Notes under the pieces: generated by a model
The model's input: only the letters and a program-made list of their open reading frames with translations
Told to the model about the DNA's origin: nothing
The model's database searches: none
Shown here: piece after piece, positions 8,768 to 18,229 of the stretch
Position numbering within the stretch: the stretch's first letter is position 1
How the letters are laid out: each line of letters begins with the position of its first letter
Source of the DNA: an uncultured Gemmatimonadales bacterium
Lineage (GTDB): Bacteria > Gemmatimonadota > Gemmatimonadetes > Gemmatimonadales > JACORV01
NCBI GenBank assembly: GCA_963806755.1
Contig: CAWDZR010000016.1
Coordinates: 247,249 to 311,248 of the forward strand
Direction of reading: 5' to 3'
DNA length: 64,000 nucleotides
Position numbers and translations under genes: made by a program

Positions 8768-11215
8768 TCACAGCAGCGCCGCCGGGTCGCGATCCACGAT
8801 CAGCCGCACCCCGGCGCTGGCCGGCGCGCGCGCGGCGAGATACCGCGCCACGCGGGTCAGGGCCGCGGCGTCGCGGGCCTTGACCAGCAGGTGCCAGCGC
8901 CAGCGGTCGCGCACGCGCTCCAGCGGGCACGGGGCCGGCCCGAGCACCTCGGCGCCGGCGTCGGGGCGCGCCGCGACGAGGGCCCGCAGCCACACCCCGA
9001 GCCGCTCGGCCGCCTGGGCCACGCGGCGCTGGTCCGTCCCGCTCAACACCACGTTGGCGAGGGCGACGTGCGGCGGATAGGGCGGATCGCGCCGCTCCCG
9101 CAGCTCCTCGGCCGCGAAGCCCCGCACGTCGTGCGCCGCGGCGTGCACGATGGCGTGGTGGCCCGGCGCCCGGGTCTGCACGATGACCCGCCCTCCCAGC
9201 GGCCCCCGCCCCGCGCGGCCGGCCACCTGCGTCAGCAGGTCGAAGGTGCGCTCGGCCGCCCGGAAATCCGGCAGGTTCAGCGCCACGTCGGCGTCCACCA
9301 CGCCGACCACCGTCACCCGCGGGAAATCGAGCCCCTTGGCGATCATCTGCGTCCCGACCAGCACGTCCACCGCGCCGGAGCCCACCCGCTCGAGAATCCG
9401 GTGGTGCGACCACCGCTCCGCGGTGCTGTCCAGGTCCATGCGCGCGATGCGCGCAGCCGGAAAGCGCTCGCCGAGGTAGGCCTCCACCTGCTGGGTGCCC
9501 GCGCCGCGGTAGCGCTGCACCGGCGCGCCACAGTCGGGACAGGCGTCGGGCGGGGCCTCCGCGTGGCCGCAATGATGGCAGCGCAGCGCCGCGGGGACCC
9601 GGTGGTAGATGAGGGTGAGGCTGCAGTTGGGGCACTCCCACACCCGGCCGCAGCCGGGACACTGAACGAACACGCTGAAGCCCCGGCGGTTGAGCAGGAT
9701 CATGGCCTGCTCGCCGCGCTCCAGCGCCCCGCGCACCGCCGCGTCGAGCGCCTCGCTCCACGGCACCGCCCGCGCGCCCTCGACGCGCGGCGCCGCCCGC
9801 AGGTCCACGACCTCGACGGGCGGCAGGGGGCGCGCGCCCACGCGCTCGGGCAGCTCCAGCAGCCGGTAGGCGCCGGCTTCGGCCGCCGCCCAGCTCTCCA
9901 GCGCCGGCGTCGCGCTCCCCAGCACCACCGTGGCGCCGGCCAGCGCGGCCCGCCGGATCGCGACGTCCCGCGCGTGGTAGCGCGGCGCCTCGCCCTGCTT
10001 GTACGACGCGTCGTGCTCCTCGTCCACCACGATCGCCCCGAGCCGGGGCACCGGCGCGAACACGGCCGACCGCGCGCCGATCGCGACCCGCCGCCGGCCG
10101 TCCCGGAGCGCACGCCACGCGTCGTAGCGCTCGCCGTCCGACAACGCACTGTGCAGCACCGCGACGTCGTCGCCGAACACGCCCCGGAACCGCGCCACCG
10201 TCTGGGGCGTGAGGGCGATCTCCGGCACGAGCACGATGGCCCCGCGGCCCGACGCCAGCACGCCGCGCAGGTACTCCAGGTACACCAAGGTCTTGCCGCT
10301 GCCCGTGACGCCGAACAGCAGCGCGGTCCCGCCGGCGGGCAGCGCCTCGAGCGCCGCGACCGCCGCGCGCTGGGCGGCGGTGGGCTCCGCCGGGGGCGGC
10401 GTGGCCGGGAGGAGGGCGAAGGGATCGCGGGGCCGCGGTTCCGCCACGCTCCGCAGCTCTCCCCGCTCCACCAGCGCGGCCACGGCGGCGCGCGAAACGC
10501 CGCGCGCGTCCAGCGTCGCCGCGCTGGCCCGCCCACCCAGCGCGGCCAGGGTCTCGTAGGCCAGGCGCTGCTTCGGGGCGCGCGCGAACCGGCGCTCCAG
10601 GTCGAGCAGGTGCTCGTAGCGCGTCACCATCTCCAGCACCTTCTCGCGCCGCTCCGGGACGGTGGTGCGCGGCGACGGCGTGACCACCTGCGCGAGCCCC
10701 TCGGCCGCGAGCCGCTGCACCAGGCGCAGCCCCGCGCCGCCGCCGGCGCGGCGCACGGCGGCCAGCGACACGGTCCGGCGGCTCCGGAACAGCGCGGCCA
10801 GCGCCGCCGCGGCGCCGTGGCGCGAGCGCCGCAGCGCTTCCAGCCCGTCCGCCCCGTCCGCGTCGCCGGCCAGCCGCACCACCGGGCGCCCCACCGAGAA
10901 CAGCGGCGCCGGCAGCATCGCGCGCAGCACCAGCCCCGGGGGCGCGACGTAGTGGCGCCCGACGTGACGCGCCAGCGCGAGGAGCTGCGCGTCGAGCACC
11001 GGCGCAGGATCCGGCGCCGCGACGATCGCGCGGGCAGGGGCGGCGGGCGCGGGCCGGCCCAGGGCGGTGACGATGCCGATCATCTCGCTCTGGTGCACCG
11101 GCACCACGGCCCGGCAGCCGGGCGCCAGCGCCGGCGCCAGGTCGGCCGGCACCGCGTAGGTCAGGGGCTGAGGAAGCGGAAGGGGAAGCGCGACGTCGGC
11201 GAACGCGTCGCTCAT
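8768..11215 (-). CDS. priA: Primosomal protein N' (replication restart helicase PriA)
   Basis: In-frame 3' part of ORF 8768..11887. ATG 11215 (MSDAFADVALPLPLPQPLTY) overlaps the upstream stop as ATGA. Motifs: Walker A GVTGSGKT, VVDEEHD, and the Cys-rich zinc region CPGCGRVWECPNCSLTLIYH..CHHCGH..CPDCG. Confidence 0.93.
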   Translation of the reverse strand: MSDAFADVALPLPLPQPLTYAVPADLAPALAPGCRAVVPVHQSEMIGIVTALGRPAPAAPARAIVAAPDPAPVLDAQLLALARHVGRHYVAPPGLVLRAMLPAPLFSVGRPVVRLAGDADGADGLEALRRSRHGAAAALAALFRSRRTVSLAAVRRAGGGAGLRLVQRLAAEGLAQVVTPSPRTTVPERREKVLEMVTRYEHLLDLERRFARAPKQRLAYETLAALGGRASAATLDARGVSRAAVAALVERGELRSVAEPRPRDPFALLPATPPPAEPTAAQRAAVAALEALPAGGTALLFGVTGSGKTLVYLEYLRGVLASGRGAIVLVPEIALTPQTVARFRGVFGDDVAVLHSALSDGERYDAWRALRDGRRRVAIGARSAVFAPVPRLGAIVVDEEHDASYKQGEAPRYHARDVAIRRAALAGATVVLGSATPALESWAAAEAGAYRLLELPERVGARPLPPVEVVDLRAAPRVEGARAVPWSEALDAAVRGALERGEQAMILLNRRGFSVFVQCPGCGRVWECPNCSLTLIYHRVPAALRCHHCGHAEAPPDACPDCGAPVQRYRGAGTQQVEAYLGERFPAARIARMDLDSTAERWSHHRILERVGSGAVDVLVGTQMIAKGLDFPRVTVVGVVDADVALNLPDFRAAERTFDLLTQVAGRAGRGPLGGRVIVQTRAPGHHAIVHAAAHDVRGFAAEELRERRDPPYPPHVALANVVLSGTDQRRVAQAAERLGVWLRALVAARPDAGAEVLGPAPCPLERVRDRWRWHLLVKARDAAALTRVARYLAARAPASAGVRLIVDRDPAALL

Positions 11216-12246
11216 CGCTTCGTGACGCCGAGTCCCGGGCTGGTGGGCAGGGTCACCCGGCCGGCGGCGATGGACGCGCCCACGAACGGGTCGTGCGCCA
11301 GCAGCAGCGCCCCGTCCAGATCGAGGTAGTCGAGCAGCGGGGCGAGGTGCGCGGCGGCGGTGATGCCGAGCGAAGTCTCGATCATGCAGCCCGCCATCAC
11401 CGCGAGGTGGTGCGCCCGCGCGACCGCCACCATGCGCAGCGCTTCGCGCAGCGAGCCGCACTTGGCGAGCTTGATGTTGATGCCGTCCACCACGCCGGCC
11501 AGCCGCGGGATGTCGGCCGCCGTGCGGCAACTCTCGTCGGCGATGACCGGCATCCGCGCGGCCCGCCGCACCGTCGCCAGCCCCTCGAGGTCGTCCGGCG
11601 CCACCGGCTGCTCGATCAGCTCCACGCCGAGCTCGTCCAGGAGCGGCAACCGGGCCAGCGCCTGCTTGGCCGTCCACCCCGCGTTCGCGTCCACCCTGAG
11701 CGGCCGGTCGGTCGTCTCGCGCACGGCGCGCAGGATCGCGGCGTCGTCGGGCGTGCCGACCTTGACCTTGAGGATGGGATAGGCGGCGGCCTCGCGCACC
11801 TTCGCCCGGACCTTCTCCGGGGTGTCGAGCCCGATGGTAAACGACGACCGGGGAGCGCGCTCCGGGTCGAGACCCCACCATTTCCACAGCGGCACGCCCA
11901 GGCGCTTGCCCGCCAGGTCGTGGAGCGCCGCCGAGACGGCCAGGCGCGCCGCCGCGTTCCCGTGCAGCGCCCGCAGCATGGCCGCGTCGGCTTCCTCGAG
12001 GCGGAACGGATCGTCCGGCAGGGCCGCCGCGTACGAGCCGAGCGCCGCGACCACGGAGTCCGCGGTCTCGCCGTAGTACTCGGACGGGTCCGCCTCGCCC
12101 CAGCCCTCGAGCCCGTCGCCGTCCTGCACGCGCACCCAGACCACCCGGTACTCCGACCGGGTGCCGCGAGCGATGGAGAACGGATGCGCCGTCCGGAGGG
12201 TCAGGACTTCGTGCGTGAGGCGGAGCGCGCTCATCGCGCCCAACAT
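11212..12246 (-). CDS. Enolase-superfamily dipeptide epimerase (L-Ala-D/L-Glu epimerase type)
   Basis: ORF 11212..12246 (the start may be ATG 12234, MSALRL). Motifs: GWGEA, LKVKVG, RVDANAGW, IEQP, ADES and KLAKCGS, which are the metal and acid-base residues of the MLE subgroup. Confidence 0.82.
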   Translation of the reverse strand: MLGAMSALRLTHEVLTLRTAHPFSIARGTRSEYRVVWVRVQDGDGLEGWGEADPSEYYGETADSVVAALGSYAAALPDDPFRLEEADAAMLRALHGNAAARLAVSAALHDLAGKRLGVPLWKWWGLDPERAPRSSFTIGLDTPEKVRAKVREAAAYPILKVKVGTPDDAAILRAVRETTDRPLRVDANAGWTAKQALARLPLLDELGVELIEQPVAPDDLEGLATVRRAARMPVIADESCRTAADIPRLAGVVDGINIKLAKCGSLREALRMVAVARAHHLAVMAGCMIETSLGITAAAHLAPLLDYLDLDGALLLAHDPFVGASIAAGRVTLPTSPGLGVTKR

Positions 12247-12249
12247 ATC

Positions 12250-13188
12250 TCAGTCACGGACCGTCGCAAGCGCTTCGGCGTGGCGCAGCGCGGCCTCGGC
12301 CACGCGCGCCGGGTCGTACCCGCCTTCGAGCACCGAGACGAGGGCCGCGTGGGGCGCCCGAGCGCGGATGGCGAGCGTCAGCGCGCCGAAGTCGTCGGGC
12401 TCGAGGGTGAACCCGCCCAGCGGGTCGCCGGCGAGCGCGTCGAAGCCCGCCGAGAAGACCACGAGCGACGGCGCGAAGCGGTCCAGCGCCCGGTCCACCG
12501 CGGCGAGGAGATCGGCGACGTACGCCTCGCGCGGCAGTCCGGGGCCGCGCGGCACGTGAAACAGGTTGCCGACGCCGACGTCGTCCTCGGCACCCGTCCC
12601 GGGATAGTGCGGCCACTGGTGGAGCGAGACGTAGTGCACCCGCGGCTCCGCGCGGAAGGCGTCGGCCGTCCCGTTGCCGTGGTGCACGTCGAAATCCACG
12701 ATCAGCACCCGCTCCGCGCCCAGCCGCGCCAGCGCCGCCTGCGCGGCGATGGCGGCGTTGTTGAGGAGGCAGAAGCCCATCGCGCGCGTCGGCGTCGCGT
12801 GGTGGCCGGGAGGGCGCACGAGGCAGAACCCCGGCCCCTGGCCCGCCAGCGCGCGCTCGGCGCCCAGCACCGCCGCGCCCGCGGCGCGCAGCGCCGCCTC
12901 CAGCGAGCCGGGGCCCATGGTCGTGTCGGGATCGAGCAGGCCGCCGCCCGCGCGGTCGAGGTCCTCGAGCCGCCGCAGGTGTGCGCTGGCGTGCACCCGC
13001 AGCACGTCCTCGCGCGCGACCAGGGGCGCCTCCACCCAGCGGGCGGCACCGTTCGCCACCAGCGCACCCTCGAGCCGCGCCGTGACGGCCGAGAGCCGCC
13101 CCGGCGTCTCCGAGTGCCACGCGGGGTTGCGGTGCGCCAGGCAGGCGGGATGGGTGATCAGGCTCAGCACGGGCCCGCGGTGCGCCAT
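12250..13188 (-). CDS. Histone-deacetylase-family zinc hydrolase (AcuC / acetylpolyamine amidohydrolase-like)
   Basis: In-frame part of ORF 12250..13401. ATG 13188 (MAHRGPVLSLITHPACLAH) overlaps the upstream stop by 1 nt (TGATG). Motifs: RPPGHHA, DFDVHHGNGT and LEGGY. Confidence 0.88.
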   Translation of the reverse strand: MAHRGPVLSLITHPACLAHRNPAWHSETPGRLSAVTARLEGALVANGAARWVEAPLVAREDVLRVHASAHLRRLEDLDRAGGGLLDPDTTMGPGSLEAALRAAGAAVLGAERALAGQGPGFCLVRPPGHHATPTRAMGFCLLNNAAIAAQAALARLGAERVLIVDFDVHHGNGTADAFRAEPRVHYVSLHQWPHYPGTGAEDDVGVGNLFHVPRGPGLPREAYVADLLAAVDRALDRFAPSLVVFSAGFDALAGDPLGGFTLEPDDFGALTLAIRARAPHAALVSVLEGGYDPARVAEAALRHAEALATVRD

Positions 13189-13463
13189 CAGCGCGCGGCG
13201 CGGCGCCGCGCCGACAACACGACCAGGGCGCCGCCGTCGGGGACGTGCTCGTCCACCAGTGAGCGCCCCTCGTCGCGCACCAGCGCGCCCCCGAGCTTGA
13301 CCTGGTAGCGGTCGGCCCGGGTGGGATCGATGTGCGCCACCTCGAGCGCGCGCCGCTTGACCTCGCCCACGCTCTCGTTCTTGCGCGCCTCGAGCGAGCA
13401 CACTTCCCAGGTGTCGGCGACGGTCACCCGCAGCCGCAGCGTCGTCTTCACCGGCGCGGTCAC
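13188..13463 (-). CDS. Small (91 aa) protein with a ubiquitin-like/beta-grasp-looking sequence pattern
   Basis: In-frame 3' part of ORF 13188..13970. GTG 13463 overlaps the upstream stop as GTGA. Sequence: VTAPVKTTLRLRVTVADTWEVCSLEARKNESVGEVKRRALEVAHIDPTRADRYQVKLGGALVRDEGRSLVDEHVPDGGALVVL. The fold call rests on pattern only. Confidence 0.5.
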   Translation of the reverse strand: MTAPVKTTLRLRVTVADTWEVCSLEARKNESVGEVKRRALEVAHIDPTRADRYQVKLGGALVRDEGRSLVDEHVPDGGALVVLSARRRAAR

Positions 13464-13744
13464 GACGCCGCCCCGTCCGTGGTGGACACCGGCTCGGGCA
13501 GCGTGGAGAAGAACCGCCCCAGCTGTTGGTCGAAGAACAGCGTCGAGCCGCGCACCCCGGTCCGGCCGGGGGCGGCGACGACGGCGATGACCACCTCCTC
13601 GCCTCCCTGGCCCCGCAGCACGACGTGCCGCGCCGACTCCCGCTCCAGGAACGCCCCGCGCGCCGGCACGCGGGTGGCGAAGAAGTCCTTGGCCCGCCGG
13701 AGCACCTCCTCCGGAGGCAACGCCGTGGCCGTCTCGTAGGTCAT
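13460..13744 (-). CDS. Hypothetical protein (94 aa)
   Basis: In-frame part of ORF 13460..13903 from ATG 13744: MTYETATALPPEEVLRRAKDFFATRVPARGAFLERESARHVVLRGQGGEEVVIAVVAAPGRTGVRGSTLFFDQQLGRFFSTLPE. GC3 is high. It is the first gene of a minus-strand string. Confidence 0.55.
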   Translation of the reverse strand: MTYETATALPPEEVLRRAKDFFATRVPARGAFLERESARHVVLRGQGGEEVVIAVVAAPGRTGVRGSTLFFDQQLGRFFSTLPEPVSTTDGAAS

Positions 13745-13944
13745 GCCCGCTCCAGTCTTCGAGTTCCGTGGCACTCTGCCGCTCTGACCGCCGGCACCGC
13801 AGGATTGGCGCGCCCACTCCGCCGCCGTGGCCGATTCCGACCGGCCGGAACCGGCACGGCGCTTGCCTTCGAGCCCCGCGGAGGCCGGCCGTGGGGCCGG
13901 CACGACACCAGCATAAGGTAAGCGATGCGAAAGGAGGCTGCACC

Positions 13945-14421
13945 ATGTTCGCCATCACCCGTTCCACCAACCCGGCCTACGCCGACGTGTCCACGCTCCA
14001 GGGCCGCCTGAACCGCCTGTTCGACGAGGCGTTCCGCGGCTGGCCGCTGGCCACCCAGGAAGACGGCGGCTCGCTGGTCGGCCAGTGGGTGCCGCCCGTG
14101 GACGTTTTCGAGGACAAGGACGCCGTGCAGATCATGGCCGAGCTGCCGGGCGTGAAGCCGGAAGACGTCAGGATCTCGCTCGAGAACAGCGTCCTCACCG
14201 TCCGGGGCGAGAAGCGCCAGGTCGCCGAGGAGGACACCGACCGCGTGCACCGCTACGAGCGGTACTACGGCGTGTTCGAGCGCTCCTTCAGCGTCCCGTC
14301 CAGCGTGGACGCCGAGCACATCAAGGCGAGCTACGACCTCGGCGTGCTGACGGTCCGGCTGCCCAAGATCGAGCGGGCCAAGCCGCGGCAGATCGAGGTC
14401 AAGGTCGAAGCGGCGAGGTAA
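13945..14421 (+). CDS. Hsp20/alpha-crystallin small heat-shock protein
   Basis: In-frame part of ORF 13768..14421. ATG 13945 is preceded by AAGGAGG (13931-13937). The alpha-crystallin domain reads PPVDVFEDKDAVQIMAELPGVKPEDVRISLENSVLTVRGEK..FERSFSVPSSVDAEHIKASYDLGVLTVRLPK. Confidence 0.93.
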   Translation: MFAITRSTNPAYADVSTLQGRLNRLFDEAFRGWPLATQEDGGSLVGQWVPPVDVFEDKDAVQIMAELPGVKPEDVRISLENSVLTVRGEKRQVAEEDTDRVHRYERYYGVFERSFSVPSSVDAEHIKASYDLGVLTVRLPKIERAKPRQIEVKVEAAR

Positions 14422-14422
14422 T

Positions 14423-14484
14423 GGAGGAGGTTGGTGGGTTGTAGGTGGTGGGGGGTGGGGACGACAACCCACAACCCACCACCC
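14423..14484. repeat. Heptamer-repeat hairpin between convergent genes (G-rich arm facing ACAACCC-ACAACCC-ACCACCC)
   Basis: GGTTGGT GGGTTGT AGGTGGT GGGGGGT GGGG (14429-14460) is followed by ACAACCC ACAACCC ACCACCC (14464-14484). GGTGGGTTGT (14433-14442) is perfectly complementary to ACAACCCACC (14471-14480). This is probably a bidirectional terminator. Confidence 0.75.
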
Positions 14485-14485
14485 G

Positions 14486-15202
14486 CTAGCCACTCACCGT
14501 TGCCCTCAGCTCCACCTGCCCCACCTGCGGCCTGCGGAACAGATCCCGCCATCCGTCTTTCCGCCGCACCACCAGCACCACGTCGCCCACCGGCTCCGGC
14601 TCGAGTCCAAGCAGGGTCACGAACAGCACGTCCGGAACGCGCGGCGGCAGGCTCACCCGCCAGGCGTGCCCGTGCCACTCGACCGGCATGGCGCCTCCGC
14701 CGGCACGGCGCCAGGCGCCGCGCCGCAGCGGACGGTCCACGAAGACGTCGTCCTCCACCTTGGTCACGTCGGGCGCGAGCCGCTCCCCGTCCCGGAAGAA
14801 CAGCGGGTCGAAGGGCTCGCCTTCCTGGCGGGCGTAGTTGGCCTCGACCGCGTCGTCGAAGTCCTCGAGCGCGGCGGCGTCGGCGCGCCACTCGAGGTGG
14901 TGCCGGATCTCGTGCGTGAGCGTCTCCCACGCCTCCTGCCGCCAGTCGAATCCCGGCGCTGCGGCGGCGAGCGCCGCGAACGACCCGTAGTGCAGGAGCA
15001 CGGAGGAACGCAGCTCGGCCCCGCCCTCGCCGGGCGCGCCGAAGCTGTGGGGGACGCACTCGCCCAGCGTGTACACGCCGGCCCTGAGCGGGTGCGGTAC
15101 GGTCTTGGGGGTCACCTCGACGCCGGCGATGCCGGCCTGGAATTCGGCCGGCAGCTCGCGCGTCATCTCGCGGATCATGGCCTCGAAGTCGCGGCGCCGC
15201 AT
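14486..15202 (-). CDS. Zincin-like metallopeptidase-domain protein (HExxH) with uncharacterised C-terminal half
   Basis: ORF 14486..15202. The sequence contains ETLTHEIRHHLEW. The N-terminal roughly 130 aa resemble the small 'metallopeptidase family protein' class. Confidence 0.65.
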   Translation of the reverse strand: MRRRDFEAMIREMTRELPAEFQAGIAGVEVTPKTVPHPLRAGVYTLGECVPHSFGAPGEGGAELRSSVLLHYGSFAALAAAAPGFDWRQEAWETLTHEIRHHLEWRADAAALEDFDDAVEANYARQEGEPFDPLFFRDGERLAPDVTKVEDDVFVDRPLRRGAWRRAGGGAMPVEWHGHAWRVSLPPRVPDVLFVTLLGLEPEPVGDVVLVVRRKDGWRDLFRRPQVGQVELRATVSG

Positions 15203-15229
15203 CGCCCTTTCGTGCCGGCGGGCCGGCCG

Positions 15230-16685
15230 TCAGGCCAGCGCCGCCGCCACCCGCTCGACGAGCGGGGCGAAGGCCAGGTCGCGGCCGAGCACCGTCGTCG
15301 CCAGGCGGGCGGCGTCGTCGCGCTGGCCGCGCGCGAACAGCTCCCGCAGCCACCCGCCGGAGCGGCGGTCCAGGAACCAGTCCTCGCCGAAGCGGTCGCG
15401 CAGGGAGGCGGCGAGCAGCGCCTCGAGCTGCCAGGCCCGCAGGTAGCGCGCGGCGTAGAAGGCGTCGTCGAGGTCCAGCAGCGCGTCTTCGGGCGGGTAG
15501 CGGAAGCCCGTCGCCTCGCTGAGGATGGGCGCGTAGCGGCGGGCGCCCTCCTCGAGCGTGGGCGCCGCGTGCAGCTCCACCTCGTAGCGCAGCTTGGCCG
15601 CGTACCGGCGCAGGATCGCCAGCAGGGCGAACGCCTGTGATCGCGCGAACGCCCGCTCGCGCGCGCCGGAGAGGCCCACGTACCGCCGCAGCCACGAGGG
15701 CTCCGCCACCATGTGCTCGAACAGCATCGCGAAGGCCTCGGTCACCGAGTTGTCGCCCAGCCAGCGATGCTCGAAGGGAAGGCCGGGCGCGGTGTTGGCG
15801 AAGTGCTGCGCGTGCCCCAGCTCGTGCCAGAAGGCACGGTAGTCGGCCTGCCCGCCGAACGGCCGGATCACCAGGTACACCTCGTCCGGCACCCGGGCGG
15901 GCGAGCAGAACGCGCGGGAGCGCTTGCGCTCGCGGTCGTCGGTGTCGTAGCGGATGCGGCCGTCCGCCTCGGCGTCGAGCCCCATGGCGGAGAGCTGCTT
16001 GCGCGCGATGGCCAGGATCTCGCCGCCGGGGAAGAACTCGTCGTAGCCCGCGCCGCGGAACAGATACGCGGCGTCGGCGCGTTCGGCCTCGCCGGGCGCG
16101 ATCCCGAGCTCGCGTGCCAGCTCCTCCCGGAGCGCACCGTCGTACAGGGCGGCGGTGGCGGCGAGAAAGTCCCCACAGCTCGCGGCCAGCGCCGCGAGGT
16201 CCACGCCCGACAGCCGCGAGCGCGCGGCCACCGTGTCGCCGAGCCCGAGGCCGGCGAGCAGGCGGCGCTCGAGGGTCAGCCGCTCCCGGCGCAGGGCCGA
16301 GGGCTCCGCCAGCACCGCGCGGCGCGCGGCGTCGATCGCCAGGCGGCGCTGGCGGTCCGGCTCGTTCGCCGTCACGATGGCCGCGCGCTGGTAGGGCAGC
16401 GTCTCACCGCCGGGCAGCGTGATCCGGGCCTCCGCCTCCCACGCGTGCAGCCGGTCGTCGAGCGCCGCCGCGGCGCGGCCCACGCGGTTATCCACCACCC
16501 ACTCGAGCAGCGCGCGGTGGCCGCGCGCCGTCTCGACCGCCCGTCGTCGGCCAGGTCGGGATAGCGGCCGAAGATCTCCGCGAAATGCGACTCGGCCGCG
16601 AGGCCGGCGCCGGTGCGGTAGCTCTCGCGCCCCAGCTCCGCGGCACATGCGCCTCCCCGCGCCGGCGCAGCTCCTCGACTGTCAT
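15230..16685 (-). pseudogene. M3/oligoendopeptidase-F-like zinc metallopeptidase; reading frame broken twice near the 5' end (sequence error or pseudogene)
   Basis: The main body is ORF 15230..16648, with FWHELGHAQH. The N-terminus is split over three frames: [14 protein letters not shown] (from ATG 16685), then [36 protein letters not shown], then [18 protein letters not shown]. Frame changes lie near 16644 and 16540. Confidence 0.75.
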
Positions 16686-18020
16686 CCCTCGAGGCGCTCG
16701 GCGAGGTAGGCGGCCAGGCCGCGCGGCGTCCACCCGCTCCTGCGCCAGCGTGTCGCGGTGCCGCACCGTGACCGTCCCGTCCTGCGTGGTCTGGCCGTCC
16801 ACGGTGATCGCGAACGGCGTGCCCGCCTCGTCCTGGCGGCGGTAGCGGCGCCCGATCGAGCCGCCGTCGTCGTAGAAGGCCGTGAACCGACCGCGCAGGT
16901 CGTCGTAGATCTTCTGGGCGATCTCCGGCATCCCGTCCTTCTTCACCAGCGGCAGCACCGCCGCCTTGATCGGCGCCAGCGCCGGCTTGAGGCGCAGCAC
17001 CACCCGCGTCTCGCCCTCCACCTGCCTCCTCGTCGTACGCGTCGCACAGCAGCGCCAGCGCCGTGCGGTCCGCGCCCACCGACGTCTCCACGATGTACGG
17101 GAGGTAGCGCTCGTTCCGCTCCTGGTCGAAGTACTCGAGCTTCTTGCCCGACGCCTGCTGGTGCCGCGACAGGTCGAAGTCCGTGCGGTTGTGGATCCCC
17201 TCGAACTCGTTCCACCCGAACGGGAACTCGTACTCGATGTCGTACGCCGCCTTGGCGTAGTGCGCCAGCTCGTTCGCCTCGTGCTGGTGGAAGCGCAGCC
17301 GCTCCGGCTCGCAGCCCGAGCCCCACGTGCCACTGCATCCGCTCGTTCCGCCAGAACTCGAACCACTCCTCGTCCGTGCCCGGCCGCACGAAGAACTGCA
17401 TCTCCATCTGCTCGAACTCGCGGGTGCGGAAGATGAAGTTCCCCGGCGTGATCTCGTTGCGGAACGCCTTGCCGATCTGCGCGATGCCGAACGGGATCTT
17501 CTGCCGCGAGCCCTGCAGCACGTTGAGGTAGTTGACGTAGATCCCCTGCGCCGTCTCCGGCCGCAGGTAGACCACCGCCGCGTCCTCCTCGACCGGGCCC
17601 ATGAACGTCTTGAACATCAGGTTGAACATCCGCGGCGCGGTGAGCGAGCCGCGCGTCCCGCACGCCGGGCACTGCCCGTCGGGCTGCCCCGGCGTCCCCT
17701 TGATCCGCGGGTCGTCGGCCCGGAAGCGCTGCTTGCAGTGCTTGCAGTCCACCAGCGGATCGGTGAAGCCCGCCACGTGGCCCGACGCCTCCCACACCTT
17801 CGGCGACATCAGGATGCCCGCGTCGAGCCCCTCGATGTCGTCGCGCGCGTGGACCATCGCGCTTCCACCACCGGTCCTTGATGTTGCGCTTCAGCTCGAC
17901 GCCCAGCGGGCCGTAGTCCCAGACCGAGCCGAGCCCGCCGTAGATCTCCGAGGACTGAAAGACGAAGCCGCGCCGCTTCGCCAGCGACACCAGCTTCTCC
18001 ATGCGATCGTTGTCCGCCAT
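16682..18020 (-). pseudogene. glyQS: Glycine--tRNA ligase (homodimeric GlyQS type), frame broken about 4 times (probably sequence errors)
   Basis: The conserved GlyRS sequence is spread over three frames. [52 protein letters not shown] is in ORF 16488..18158. [37 protein letters not shown] is in ORF 16943..17857. [47 protein letters not shown] is in the frame of ORF 16372..17091. [30 protein letters not shown] returns to the first frame, and the tail [11 protein letters not shown] lies in another frame. Shifts are near 17858, 17315, 17027 and 16716. Confidence 0.85.
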
Positions 18021-18192
18021 GAGCCCTGCTGCATGAGAGCACGAGAATGAACAGCCGGAGGGGGAAGAAACTAGCCCCGGCCCGAGGGGGGAGCAAGCGC
18101 GCGCGGAGGTCGCCGCCCGCGCAGGCACCGCCGGGCGCCCGGACCCCGGCCGCCCCACCGGGAGCCATCGTAACCGATTTCAAGCCAGAGAC

Positions 18193-18221
18193 TTGCGCAT
18201 TTCGCAACAGCTGCCTATCTT
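18193..18221 (+). promoter_or_regulatory. Sigma70-like promoter of the PqqD/kinase/Cys-rich cassette; the transcript would be nearly leaderless
   Basis: TTGCGC (18193-18198), an exactly 17-nt spacer, then TATCTT (18216-18221). ATG 18230 lies only 8 nt after the -10. The -35 sits inside the palindrome TTGCG-n5-CGCAA (18193-18207). Confidence 0.45.
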
Positions 18222-18229
18222 CGCGATCC

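Noticed and set aside
13860-13944. A ROSE-like RNA thermometer in the hsp20 leader
   Set aside because: I found only a weak possible pairing of GCCTTCG (about 13882) with CGAAAGGC around the SD. No convincing multi-hairpin ROSE architecture or conserved bulged-G motif could be traced by eye.
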